Source of the DNA: Dehalococcoidia bacterium
Lineage (GTDB): Bacteria; Chloroflexota; Dehalococcoidia; Lucifugimonadales; UBA3495
Length of the DNA: 64,000 nucleotides
Assembly: GCA_963663945.1 (NCBI GenBank)
Contig: OY760687.1
Span: forward strand, 2,516,555-2,580,554
Reading direction: 5' to 3'
Within the stretch, counting starts at the first letter, position 1; the number at the start of each line of letters is the position of its first letter. Shown in pieces: positions 56,724 through 64,000 of the stretch. Under the pieces are notes generated by a model that made no database searches, was not told the origin of the DNA, and was given only the letters and a program-made list of their open reading frames with translations. A program made the position numbers and the translations under genes.

Positions 56724-57758
56724 ATGACCACAGGCAGCAGCCAGACCATCCAAACCGTCGTTGGCACCGGCGAAGCGGGCTACAGCGGCGATGGCGGCCC
56801 AGCGGCGTCCGCCACCCTTCGAGAGCCGTTCATGTGCACGTTCGACCGCGCGGGCAACATGTTTTTCTGCGAGGCCAAAAACCACGTCGTCCGGCGCGTT
56901 GACGCGTCCACCGGGCACATTACGACGGTGGCTGGCACGGGTGACGTGGGCTACACCGGCGATGGGGGTCCGGCGACGGCAGCCACCATGAACGAACCCT
57001 ATTCCCTGGAGGTCGACGGCGACGGGAACCTATACATCGTCGACCGCCTCAACTCCGTCGTACGCCGGGTCGACGGGAACACCGGGGTAATCACGACGGT
57101 GGCGGGCACCGGCGAGCCGGGATATTCAGGTGACGGCGGTCCCGGCGACCAGGCCCAGTTGCGGGAGCCCAACGACTGCTTCCTGGACGGACGGAGCGGA
57201 CTGCTCATCGCCGACATCCAGGACCAGCGTATCCGCCGGCTGGATCTGGCGACCGGGAACATAGACACCTTCGCCGGTAACGGCGAAAAGACGCGGGGCG
57301 GCGATGGCATGCCGGCGCGACAGGCTAGCATCCTGGGCTCGCGGGCCATATGCATGGACCAGCACGGGAACACCTACATCGCAGAGCGAGAGGGCAATGG
57401 AATCCGCGTAGTCACCGCGGGTGGGATCATGGGAACCGTTGCCGGAGTATCGGCGGAGCGGGGATATACCGGCGATGGCGGGTCCGCGCTGGCCGCCACC
57501 TGGGGGGCTCCCAAGGCGCTGCGCTGCGACGCGGCCGGGAACGTGATCGTGGTCGATACCGAGAACCATGCCATCCGCAAGATCGACGTCAATACCGGCG
57601 TGGTAACCACGATAGCCGGCGGGCACCTGGGTGGCGATGGCGACGGTGGACCGGCTACCGATGCGGGAATGGACCGGCCGCACGGATGCGGCATAGCGGC
57701 CGACGGACGGATCTATGTCGCGGACAGTAACAACCACCGGATACGGGTTGTGGGATAG
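56724..57758 (+). CDS. NHL-repeat six-bladed beta-propeller protein, no signal peptide seen
   Basis: Six tandem repeats of about 57 aa of the form TVAGTGxxGYxGDGGPAxxAxLxxPxxxxxDxxGNLYIxDxxNxxIRRVDxxTGxIT. Confidence 0.75.
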   Translation: MTTGSSQTIQTVVGTGEAGYSGDGGPAASATLREPFMCTFDRAGNMFFCEAKNHVVRRVDASTGHITTVAGTGDVGYTGDGGPATAATMNEPYSLEVDGDGNLYIVDRLNSVVRRVDGNTGVITTVAGTGEPGYSGDGGPGDQAQLREPNDCFLDGRSGLLIADIQDQRIRRLDLATGNIDTFAGNGEKTRGGDGMPARQASILGSRAICMDQHGNTYIAEREGNGIRVVTAGGIMGTVAGVSAERGYTGDGGSALAATWGAPKALRCDAAGNVIVVDTENHAIRKIDVNTGVVTTIAGGHLGGDGDGGPATDAGMDRPHGCGIAADGRIYVADSNNHRIRVVG

Positions 57759-57792
57759 GACGCTCCAGCCCGCTCCAATTCCGCCTGGTTCC

Positions 57793-57822
57793 TTGACACT
57801 TACGGCACCAGTTGGCTACGAT
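57793..57822 (+). promoter_or_regulatory. Candidate promoter for the tRNA pair
   Basis: TTGACA (57793-57798), 18 nt, TACGAT (57817-57822), about 45 nt upstream of tRNA-Ala. Confidence 0.45.
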
Positions 57823-57868
57823 TGATTCACATTCGGCGGCGCGGTGATCGCGGGCCGATGGCAGAAGT

Positions 57869-57944
57869 GGGGATATAGCTCAACTGGGAGAGCGCGGCGT
57901 TCGCAATGCCGAGGTTGCGGGTTCGAGCCCCGCTATCTCCACCA
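57869..57944 (+). tRNA. tRNA-Ala (anticodon CGC), CCA encoded
   Basis: GGGGATATAGCTCAACTGGGAGAGCGCGGCGTTCGCAATGCCGAGGTTGCGGGTTCGAGCCCCGCTATCTCCACCA. The cloverleaf folds by hand, and the G3:U70 alanine identity pair is present. Confidence 0.9.
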
Positions 57945-57954
57945 CTTCATTTCT

Positions 57955-58028
57955 GCCCCTGTAGCTCAGTTGGATAGAGCGGCGGCGTCCTAAGTCGCGC
58001 GTCGGGGGTTCGAGTCCCTCCAGGGGTA
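57955..58028 (+). tRNA. tRNA-Arg (anticodon CCU), CCA not encoded
   Basis: GCCCCTGTAGCTCAGTTGGATAGAGCGGCGGCGTCCTAAGTCGCGCGTCGGGGGTTCGAGTCCCTCCAGGGGTA. The cloverleaf folds with a G1:U72 wobble and G at position 32, both slightly unusual. Anticodon loop is GTCCTAA. Confidence 0.8.
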
Positions 58029-58055
58029 CTTTTCCTTACCCGGTTGGCGTAAGAA

Positions 58056-58078
58056 AACGGCGCGATAGACGCGCCGTT
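58056..58078. terminator. Hairpin terminator after the tRNA pair
   Basis: AACGGCGCG-ataga-CGCGCCGTT, a 9-bp stem preceded by an A-run and followed by the T-rich ACTGTTTGTCGATTT. Confidence 0.55.
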
Positions 58079-58190
58079 ACTGTTTGTCGATTTGGTTCGC
58101 GCAACCTGCCACCAGAGAAACGACCCGGAAACGGTTCCGGCGCCCTGTACTCAACGGGGTTGCAACCAGAGACGTCAGAACGCCACAACC

Positions 58191-59558
58191 TCAGCCTCGC
58201 AGCAGGTCAACCAGGCTGCTGACCGGCGCTCCCTCTTCCAGCACGTCCAGGCGCGACAGGACTTCCGCAGTCGTCGCTTCGGACAGCAACTGCGAGGCAC
58301 AGTCCCGGAATTTGTCGCGGATGTCCTCCATGGTCACTCCACGCAGAGCCCCGCTGTTGGCGCGGTGAGCCTGCTGGCGGAGCGTGCTGCCGTCCTTCAT
58401 CTGGACGTCTACCTGATGGTAGCCTTCGGTCCAGCTAGGCAGGCCCTCGTTGCCCGTGATCCGACGCATGTCAATGCGCGGAATTAGCGCCTGGGCTTCC
58501 GGCCGCATCACCTGATCGTCGGTGAAGGACTGCAGCCCGACCCGCCGGTCCAGCAGGGCGGCCGCCAGGCAATATTGCAGGCTGAATTTCCCTTCCAGCG
58601 ACGACACCGGGCGGGAGTGGATCAACGATCGAGGCGGGTCGAAATCCACCATCACGTCAATCCGGTCCACCGCTTCGGGATCGATGGCAGCCTGGGACAG
58701 CAGGTCGAAGGTGGCGTCCAGAGCCAGGTGAGCGCTGCCGCAGCAGGGGTATTTCTTGATTTCGATGCCCGACTCCACCAGATAGCATTTGGTTCCCAGG
58801 TTCTGCGCCACCTGCTCGCTGTCGAAACCCTGTCCTCCCGAAAATGCCCGGATGAACCCAAACCGTCCTTCCAGCGCGTCCCCGCTGGCGGTGAAGCCTT
58901 CCCGCACCAGCTTGGCCGCTACGACCCCAGCGCGGGCGGCGTCCCCGGCGTGGAAGGGCTTGGTCATGGTGCCAAAGTTCTGACGCAACCCCGATGCCTG
59001 CGAAGCCGCCAGGGAGACGGCCATGGCCGTCTGTTCCGGGTCCAGGGCCATGATCCGGCTCGCCGCCGCCGCCGCTCCGACAGCCCCCAGCGGACCGGTA
59101 GGATGCCACCCCAGGTCGTCGTAATAGGCTTCGCTGAGGGCCTCGCCCACCGCGCAGGCGACTTCAAAGCCAGACATGTAACCCAATAGCATATCCTTCC
59201 CGGAAGCGCCGAACTCCTCGGCAACCGCAAGGGATGCAGGCAGCAAGACTGCGGTGGGATGGGTCTTGGTAATCTGGGTGATGTCGTCGTAGTCGAGGGC
59301 ATGGGCCATGGCCCCGTTGACGAGGGCAGCGTTGGCCGCTGAAGTACGGAATCCTCGACCCACTACGCTGGCGGTGGGCGATGCGCTCTCGGTTGTGACG
59401 TACCGGCAAAGGATGTCCGCCAACGATTCCCGTGAACCGGCCAGCGTGCAAGCCAGACAGTCCATGATCGCTCCCTTGGCCGCTTCGACGGCATCGGGCG
59501 GGAAGTCCTCAATGTCAGCGGCGGTGATGTATTCAGCGATATGCTGGGTAATATTCAT
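58191..59558 (-). CDS. MmgE/PrpD family protein, second copy
   Basis: ORF to 59630, start placed at ATG 59558 (MNITQHIAEYITAADIEDFPPDAVEAAKGAIMDCLACTLAGS...), with GGAGG upstream. Colinear with the copy at 12010-13377. Confidence 0.85.
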   Translation of the reverse strand: MNITQHIAEYITAADIEDFPPDAVEAAKGAIMDCLACTLAGSRESLADILCRYVTTESASPTASVVGRGFRTSAANAALVNGAMAHALDYDDITQITKTHPTAVLLPASLAVAEEFGASGKDMLLGYMSGFEVACAVGEALSEAYYDDLGWHPTGPLGAVGAAAAASRIMALDPEQTAMAVSLAASQASGLRQNFGTMTKPFHAGDAARAGVVAAKLVREGFTASGDALEGRFGFIRAFSGGQGFDSEQVAQNLGTKCYLVESGIEIKKYPCCGSAHLALDATFDLLSQAAIDPEAVDRIDVMVDFDPPRSLIHSRPVSSLEGKFSLQYCLAAALLDRRVGLQSFTDDQVMRPEAQALIPRIDMRRITGNEGLPSWTEGYHQVDVQMKDGSTLRQQAHRANSGALRGVTMEDIRDKFRDCASQLLSEATTAEVLSRLDVLEEGAPVSSLVDLLRG

Positions 59559-60126
59559 GGACGACCTCCTGGCGGTTGGTACCCGCCGCATTGCTGTGGC
59601 GCGCTGGCTCGTGACGCGAATGTATGCCATTTCGGAGCAGTGTCAAGTTTTGAGGCATCAGAGCTCCAGTCCGGCCCGGTGCTGAAGTAGCCCCGCTCGA
59701 TCCGTCGACGCGCCCGGTCGGTACCGGTTGACGAGCTGGATTTGAACGACGGCATCGTGGGCCCGGCCACCCGGCTCGGACTGTGCGGTTGCCGCCGTAC
59801 CACCATTCGGTTGAGGCGCGTCGCGCAGCCGGACTCAGGGCCGCTGGCCTGGACTCCACTGCCTATGCGATGCCGTTAGCCTCCGTCACTGCTACCGTTC
59901 CAGGGGAGCGGAACACGAGGGCACTGATATAATCCGTTTCAACCGCACTTCGCAGGCCGTAAAGGGATATCGAAGCCGTTTGATCGAACGTATCCTCGGT
60001 CCATTGCGACGTAGCAAATCCAGCAGAGACCGCTCGAGATAGTCGACCGCCCCCGGAATCCGGCTCCGGGTGGTGTTATTCGGCACGGAGCATCGTTCTC
60101 GCCATCGCGGCAAGGGGAGGCCAAAG

Positions 60127-60909
60127 ATGCAATTGGAAGGCAAAGTCGCCCTGGTAACCGGAGGCGGCCGCGGATTGGGACGCTCCATGGCTTTGGCCTA
60201 CGCCCGTGAGGGGGCGGACGTTGCCATCGTGGCCCGCACCCCCGCGGAGTTGGACGCCGTCGGCTCGGAAATTCGCGCCCTGGGGCGGCGCGCCCACACG
60301 ATCAACGCCGAACTGACCACCAGCGAGGGCGCAAACCGCGCAGCCCATGAGACCATCAGCGAACTCGGACAGATAGATGTCCTGGTCAACAACGCGGGCG
60401 GGTACCGTCTCTTCACCAATGACCTGACCCACGCGGTGACGGTGCTGGATATCACCGAAGAAGAATGGCGGCGCGTGATGGAGTCGAATCTGACCACCAC
60501 CTTCATGGCCTGCAGAGCCGTTCTTCCCCACATGATGGAGCGTCGCAGCGGCGTCATCGTCAACCTGACTTCGAAGAACGTGGCCCGACGGGGCCGGGCC
60601 GGGCAGGCATCCTATGGAGCCGCCAAGGCGGCGGTGGAACGCCTCAGCGAGTCGCTGGCCGACGAGGTCAAGGACTTCGGCATCGCCGTCAACATCCTCG
60701 ACCCCGGGTGGAACCTGACGAGGCCCAACGACGATTACGACGACGAAGTGCACAAGCGGATGAGGCTGCCCGACGACATTGCCGAGGTGGCTGTATACAT
60801 GGCCCTGCAAACTCCCGAATCCATGACCGGGCAGTTAATTTCGGCGCAGGAATACGACGACGAGCACGGCGTAGAACGGCTTTCGGCCTACCAGCGGCTC
60901 CACGCTTAA
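60127..60909 (+). CDS. Short-chain dehydrogenase/reductase (SDR)
   Basis: ORF from 60070, start placed at ATG 60127 (MQLEGKVALVTGGGRGLGRSMA...), with GGGGAGG upstream. TGxxxGxG and YGAAK (YxxxK) motifs present. Confidence 0.85.
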   Translation: MQLEGKVALVTGGGRGLGRSMALAYAREGADVAIVARTPAELDAVGSEIRALGRRAHTINAELTTSEGANRAAHETISELGQIDVLVNNAGGYRLFTNDLTHAVTVLDITEEEWRRVMESNLTTTFMACRAVLPHMMERRSGVIVNLTSKNVARRGRAGQASYGAAKAAVERLSESLADEVKDFGIAVNILDPGWNLTRPNDDYDDEVHKRMRLPDDIAEVAVYMALQTPESMTGQLISAQEYDDEHGVERLSAYQRLHA

Positions 60910-61169
60910 CCTGCGTGCGGGAGCCCTGTCCGACGGTCTTTGGGTTGGTCATGCAGGCGCGGCCTCGCATAGATCCCGACTGCGCCGTTGCAATCTGCGA
61001 GCGAAATCAGCGGGGGTCCTTTTGTGGATCGAATAACCGTGCTGCCCTCGGATCGGATGAGACGGGTGTCTCGGCGCTCGAGAATCAGCCGCGCCTCGCG
61101 GTCGGCCATCCCTCCTCTCGCCCGCCAATGCCCATCAGGCGACAACGGGCCGCAGTCGGAGCGTCGATC

Positions 61170-62306
61170 TCAGTCTTTCCGGTCTCCCAGCGTCAACGGG
61201 AGATGGTCCGCGATGTCGGCCTCCGTCCGGAACGGCCCCCATTCGCGCGGGATGTTGAGCAGTCGCCCTTCCAGATCGTCCACACTGGTCTGGCCGCAAT
61301 AGGCCATGGCGCGGTTGAACTCCTCGCGCAGCAGTTCCAGCATGTGATGCACTCCGTCAGCCCCATTCACTGCGAGGCCCCAGTAGAGGGGCCGTCCAAT
61401 CGCGACGGCAGTGGCGCCCAATGCCAGAGCCTTCAGCACATCGCTGCCTCGCCGGACGCCGGAATCGACGTACACTTCAGCCCGTCCGCGGGTAGCAGCG
61501 ACAATTTCGGGGACCATTTCGATGCTGGACATCGTATCGTCGAACCGGCGGCCTCCATGGGTGGAAACCTGTATCGCGTTGACGCCGTGCTCCACCGCCA
61601 TGCGCGCGTCTTCGGCAACGCGAACTCCCTTCAATACCAGGGGCAGGTCGGTGAGGCTGCGCAACCACTCCAACTCACGCCAAGTGATGGGTGGGCCCTG
61701 CGGCGTATCCCAGGCCGGAGGCTCGGCGGACCCGCCGGCCGTGGCCGCGGGGTTCTCCTGCGCTCGGAAGTTGCCATACTCACCCGGGCGCTCATAGCGA
61801 TTGCGCAAATCCCGCTCCTTGGGAGTGGGAAACGGCGCGTCGACGGTGAGCACGATGGCCCTGAACCCCGCCGCTTCCGCTCGCTTCACCAGGTTCTCCG
61901 TCAGGTCGTAACCGCGATGAGAAAGCTGGAACCACAACGGTCCCGTTGCCGCTTCGGCAATTTCTTCCATGCTGCAGTTGGAAGACGTGCTGCACATCAT
62001 CAGGGTGCCGGACATACCCGCCCCGCGTACGGTGGCACGCTCCGCCTCAGGGTGCGCATTCAGGTGTGCGTCCGTGGGCGCGATCATTACTGGGAAGCTG
62101 ATGTCGGATCCCAGGACGGTGGTTGAAATTTTGCGTTCCGTAGTATCCCGCAGGAAACGCGGCCGCAGCGTGAGCGCTTCGAATGCGGTGCGATTACGGG
62201 CCGTGGTTCTTTCATCCATCGCGCCGGCTTCGACGAACACCCAATTGTTGTGAGGCAGGATATGGCGGGCCCGCGCCTCGTAGTCGTAGAGGTTGATTGG
62301 GTCCAT
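61170..62306 (-). CDS. FMN-dependent alpha-hydroxy-acid oxidase/dehydrogenase (LldD / glycolate oxidase family)
   Basis: ORF to 62405, start placed at ATG 62306 (MDPINLYDYEARARHILPHNNWVFVEAGAMDE...). Conserved ...VSTHGGRRFDD... and ...VDSGVRRGSDVLKALALGA... blocks. Confidence 0.8.
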   Translation of the reverse strand: MDPINLYDYEARARHILPHNNWVFVEAGAMDERTTARNRTAFEALTLRPRFLRDTTERKISTTVLGSDISFPVMIAPTDAHLNAHPEAERATVRGAGMSGTLMMCSTSSNCSMEEIAEAATGPLWFQLSHRGYDLTENLVKRAEAAGFRAIVLTVDAPFPTPKERDLRNRYERPGEYGNFRAQENPAATAGGSAEPPAWDTPQGPPITWRELEWLRSLTDLPLVLKGVRVAEDARMAVEHGVNAIQVSTHGGRRFDDTMSSIEMVPEIVAATRGRAEVYVDSGVRRGSDVLKALALGATAVAIGRPLYWGLAVNGADGVHHMLELLREEFNRAMAYCGQTSVDDLEGRLLNIPREWGPFRTEADIADHLPLTLGDRKD

Positions 62307-62628
62307 TCGCACGGTCGTACTCCTTGAAACCTTGTCGGCTCTGCCGAACCGTTTCAGCGGCGAACCCCGAGTTACGGGCGGCAGACCTTGGAAATCAGTG
62401 AGCATCGAACGTTAGCATGTCGGTGATAGGGTTTCAATGAATACCGGCCGTTCGAAATCACATCTATATCCTACGGCAGCCCCATCCCACAGCAGCCTCG
62501 ATGCGCGCTCTATCCAACTTCCCGCATGGACCTGTCGGCCTGACGTTCGCCCCAACCACTAACCGTCCCCGTGCTATCATGGCCGCGCGTTCACTCCAAC
62601 CTGCCGGATTTCAAGGAGGGCATGGCAA

Positions 62629-63429
62629 ATGACGACAGGCACCCAGGCATGGACCGAACAAACCGTGGAAGCCGCGGGAGTTCAACTGCAAATGGTCACG
62701 GGCGGCAGCGGCGCTCCCCTGCTCATCCTGCACGACGAATTCGGGCACCACGGACAGCTCCGATACCATGAGGCCCTCGCCCGCGACTTCAGTCTGTGCA
62801 TTCCTGCTCATCCCGGCTTCGGCGCGACCGAGCGATTGGAATGGGTGATGAACATGCGCGACCTGGCAGGCTGGTACCTGGAGGCCCTGGACGACCTGGA
62901 CCTCGGGCCGGTGAACCTGATGGGCTTCTCCCTGGGTGGCTGGCTGGCCGCGGAAATGGCGTCGATGTCTCCCGACCTCTTCCAGAAACTGGTGCTGGTA
63001 GCGCCGGCCGGTATCCGGCCTCCCACCGGAGAAATCTTTGATCTGTTCCTGGTGGTCTCCGAGGACTTCCTGACCGTTGGCTTCCACGATCCCGAAGCCA
63101 CTCCCGAATACCGGCAGGTTTGTCCCGAAGAGCCCTCCCCGGAACTTGCCGAAGCCTGGGCGGTGGCGCGGGAAGAGGCGTGCCGCCTCAGCTGGCGGCC
63201 CTACATGCACTCCCTGGGCCTTCCCCATCTGGTGCACCGCCTGAAGCGGGTGCCCACTCAGATCATCTGGGGGCAGCAGGACAGCATCGTACCGGTGTCC
63301 GCCGGACAGGCCTACCACGAGTCCATCCCCGGCTCGCGCCTAGACCTCTTTGACTCTTGCGGACATCGTCCCGAGTTGGAAAAGACGGACGAATTTGTGG
63401 CCCTGGTCAGGGAGTTTCTATCGTCTTAG
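62629..63429 (+). CDS. Alpha/beta hydrolase (meta-cleavage-product hydrolase-like)
   Basis: ...LLILHDEFG..., nucleophile elbow GFSLGGW, C-terminal ...DSCGHRPELE... AGGAGGG lies 8 nt upstream. Confidence 0.8.
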   Translation: MTTGTQAWTEQTVEAAGVQLQMVTGGSGAPLLILHDEFGHHGQLRYHEALARDFSLCIPAHPGFGATERLEWVMNMRDLAGWYLEALDDLDLGPVNLMGFSLGGWLAAEMASMSPDLFQKLVLVAPAGIRPPTGEIFDLFLVVSEDFLTVGFHDPEATPEYRQVCPEEPSPELAEAWAVAREEACRLSWRPYMHSLGLPHLVHRLKRVPTQIIWGQQDSIVPVSAGQAYHESIPGSRLDLFDSCGHRPELEKTDEFVALVREFLSS

Positions 63430-63485
63430 CACTTCACGCGTTATGGTAAAATCCGCGCGTAGCCGGAACCCGGAGGAAACTGAGC

Positions 63486-64000
63486 ATGTTCATTGGATAT
63501 TTCACCGAAAGGCCGTACCAGGATCCCAAGTCGGGGTATTTTGGGGCCACCGGCAAGTCAATCATGGACCTCAACGTCAGCAACGACATCTACGATGCTG
63601 AGTTGGGCGCCAGCCTCTACAATCGCTACCTCGACGAGAAAATTTACGCCGAGGAAATGGGCTTCGACGGCCTGATGCTCAACGAGCATCACAGCACGCC
63701 GTTCTGCATGGGCGGCGCAATGAACGTCGAGGCATCGATCCTGGCCCGCATCACCAACCGTGCCAAAATCGTCCTGCTGGGCAACATCCTGCCGCTGTGG
63801 GACGACCCGCTGTGGCTCGTCGAACAACTGTCCATGATCGACATGATCTCCCATGGCCGCCTCGTTTCCGGCTGGGTTCGGGGCACCGGCCGCGAGAGCG
63901 TGGCCCACAACATCGAGCCGCACTACAACTGGGAGCGGTTCAAGGAAGCGCACGAGCTGATCGTCAAGGCGTGGACGACTCCAGGACCGTTCCGCTGGGA
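63486..64000 (+). CDS. LLM class flavin-dependent oxidoreductase, 3' end outside window
   Basis: Not in the supplied ORF track because it has no stop within the window. My own translation from ATG 63486 is open to nt 64000. It reads MFIGYFTERPYQDPKSGYFGATGKSIMDLNVSNDIYDAELGASLYNRYLDEKIYAEEMGFDGLMLNEHHSTPFCMGGAMNVEASILA...SHGRLVSGWVRGTGRE... GGAGG lies 10 nt upstream. Confidence 0.75.
   Translation, partial: MFIGYFTERPYQDPKSGYFGATGKSIMDLNVSNDIYDAELGASLYNRYLDEKIYAEEMGFDGLMLNEHHSTPFCMGGAMNVEASILARITNRAKIVLLGNILPLWDDPLWLVEQLSMIDMISHGRLVSGWVRGTGRESVAHNIEPHYNWERFKEAHELIVKAWTTPGPFRW

Noticed and set aside
60906-61109. Small minus-strand ORF (MADREARLILERRDTRLIRSEGSTVIRSTKGPPLISLADCNGAVGIY..., 67 aa) in the 260-bp gap between the convergent SDR and FMN-oxidase genes.
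   Set aside because: I do not recognise the family. The GGAGG lies only 1 nt from the ATG, which is poor spacing. The ORF runs into the SDR stop codon. It cannot be supported without expression or conservation data.
59983-62412. Shared 9-mer ATCGAACGT in two nearby divergent promoter gaps (59983-59991 and 62404-62412), with a reverse copy CGTTCGA at about 62450. Considered as a possible common operator.
   Set aside because: The expected number of shared 9-mers between gaps of 570 and 320 bp on both strands is about one by chance. No clear dyad symmetry or second copy exists in the first gap.

Overview
64-kb high-G+C bacterial chromosomal segment, densely coding: about 57 protein genes by my calls, one 23S rRNA gene, three tRNAs and the replication initiator dnaA. 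I see no transposase, integrase, phage gene, CRISPR array or recognisable defence island. All family calls come from reading the translated ORFs for motifs and architecture; no database search was possible, and start codons and RNA ends are approximate.

Gene content is dominated by paralogue-rich oxidative catabolism families:
- 4 luciferase-like flavin/F420 oxidoreductases, a PPOX-class protein and an ABM monooxygenase
- 2 family-III CoA-transferases and 2 MmgE/PrpD proteins
- an enolase-superfamily enzyme, 2 HIBADH-type dehydrogenases and an SDR
- an FMN-dependent hydroxy-acid oxidase, 2 alpha/beta hydrolases and a NIPSNAP protein

Housekeeping blocks are interspersed: dnaJ-prmA, gcvPA/gcvPB, cobQ-cobU, dinG, amt and crcB. 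This content, together with a split GcvP, an exonuclease-fused DinG and an rRNA gene unlinked from 16S and 5S, is what I would expect from Chloroflexota (SAR202- or Thermomicrobia-like). That placement is inference only.

Observations most worth a second look:
1. A stand-alone 23S rRNA unit with its own near-consensus promoter. It has no 16S upstream and no 5S downstream, and an initiator tRNA sits where 5S normally does.
2. An ino1 / PimA-like GT4 / phosphatidylinositol-phosphate-synthase-like operon. About 13 kb away lies a beta-propeller lipoprotein / LprG-like lipoprotein / 14-TMS MFS operon that mirrors the mycobacterial lprG-p55 pair. Together they suggest a mycobacterial-style inositol-glycolipid synthesis and export system in a probably non-actinobacterial genome.
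3. A dnaJ-prmA operon extended by an atypical protein-kinase-like gene and a PP2C phosphatase.
4. A PHP / exonuclease-DinG / OGG / OGG four-gene repair operon. The distal OGG paralogue has a sharply lower G+C content.
5. gcvPA and gcvPB separated by a 4-TM protein gene of unknown function and an AT-rich spacer.
6. An orphan SPPY DNA methyltransferase with alpha-type motif order directly upstream of dnaA. dnaA lacks dnaN downstream and lies next to a gene-strand-bias switch.
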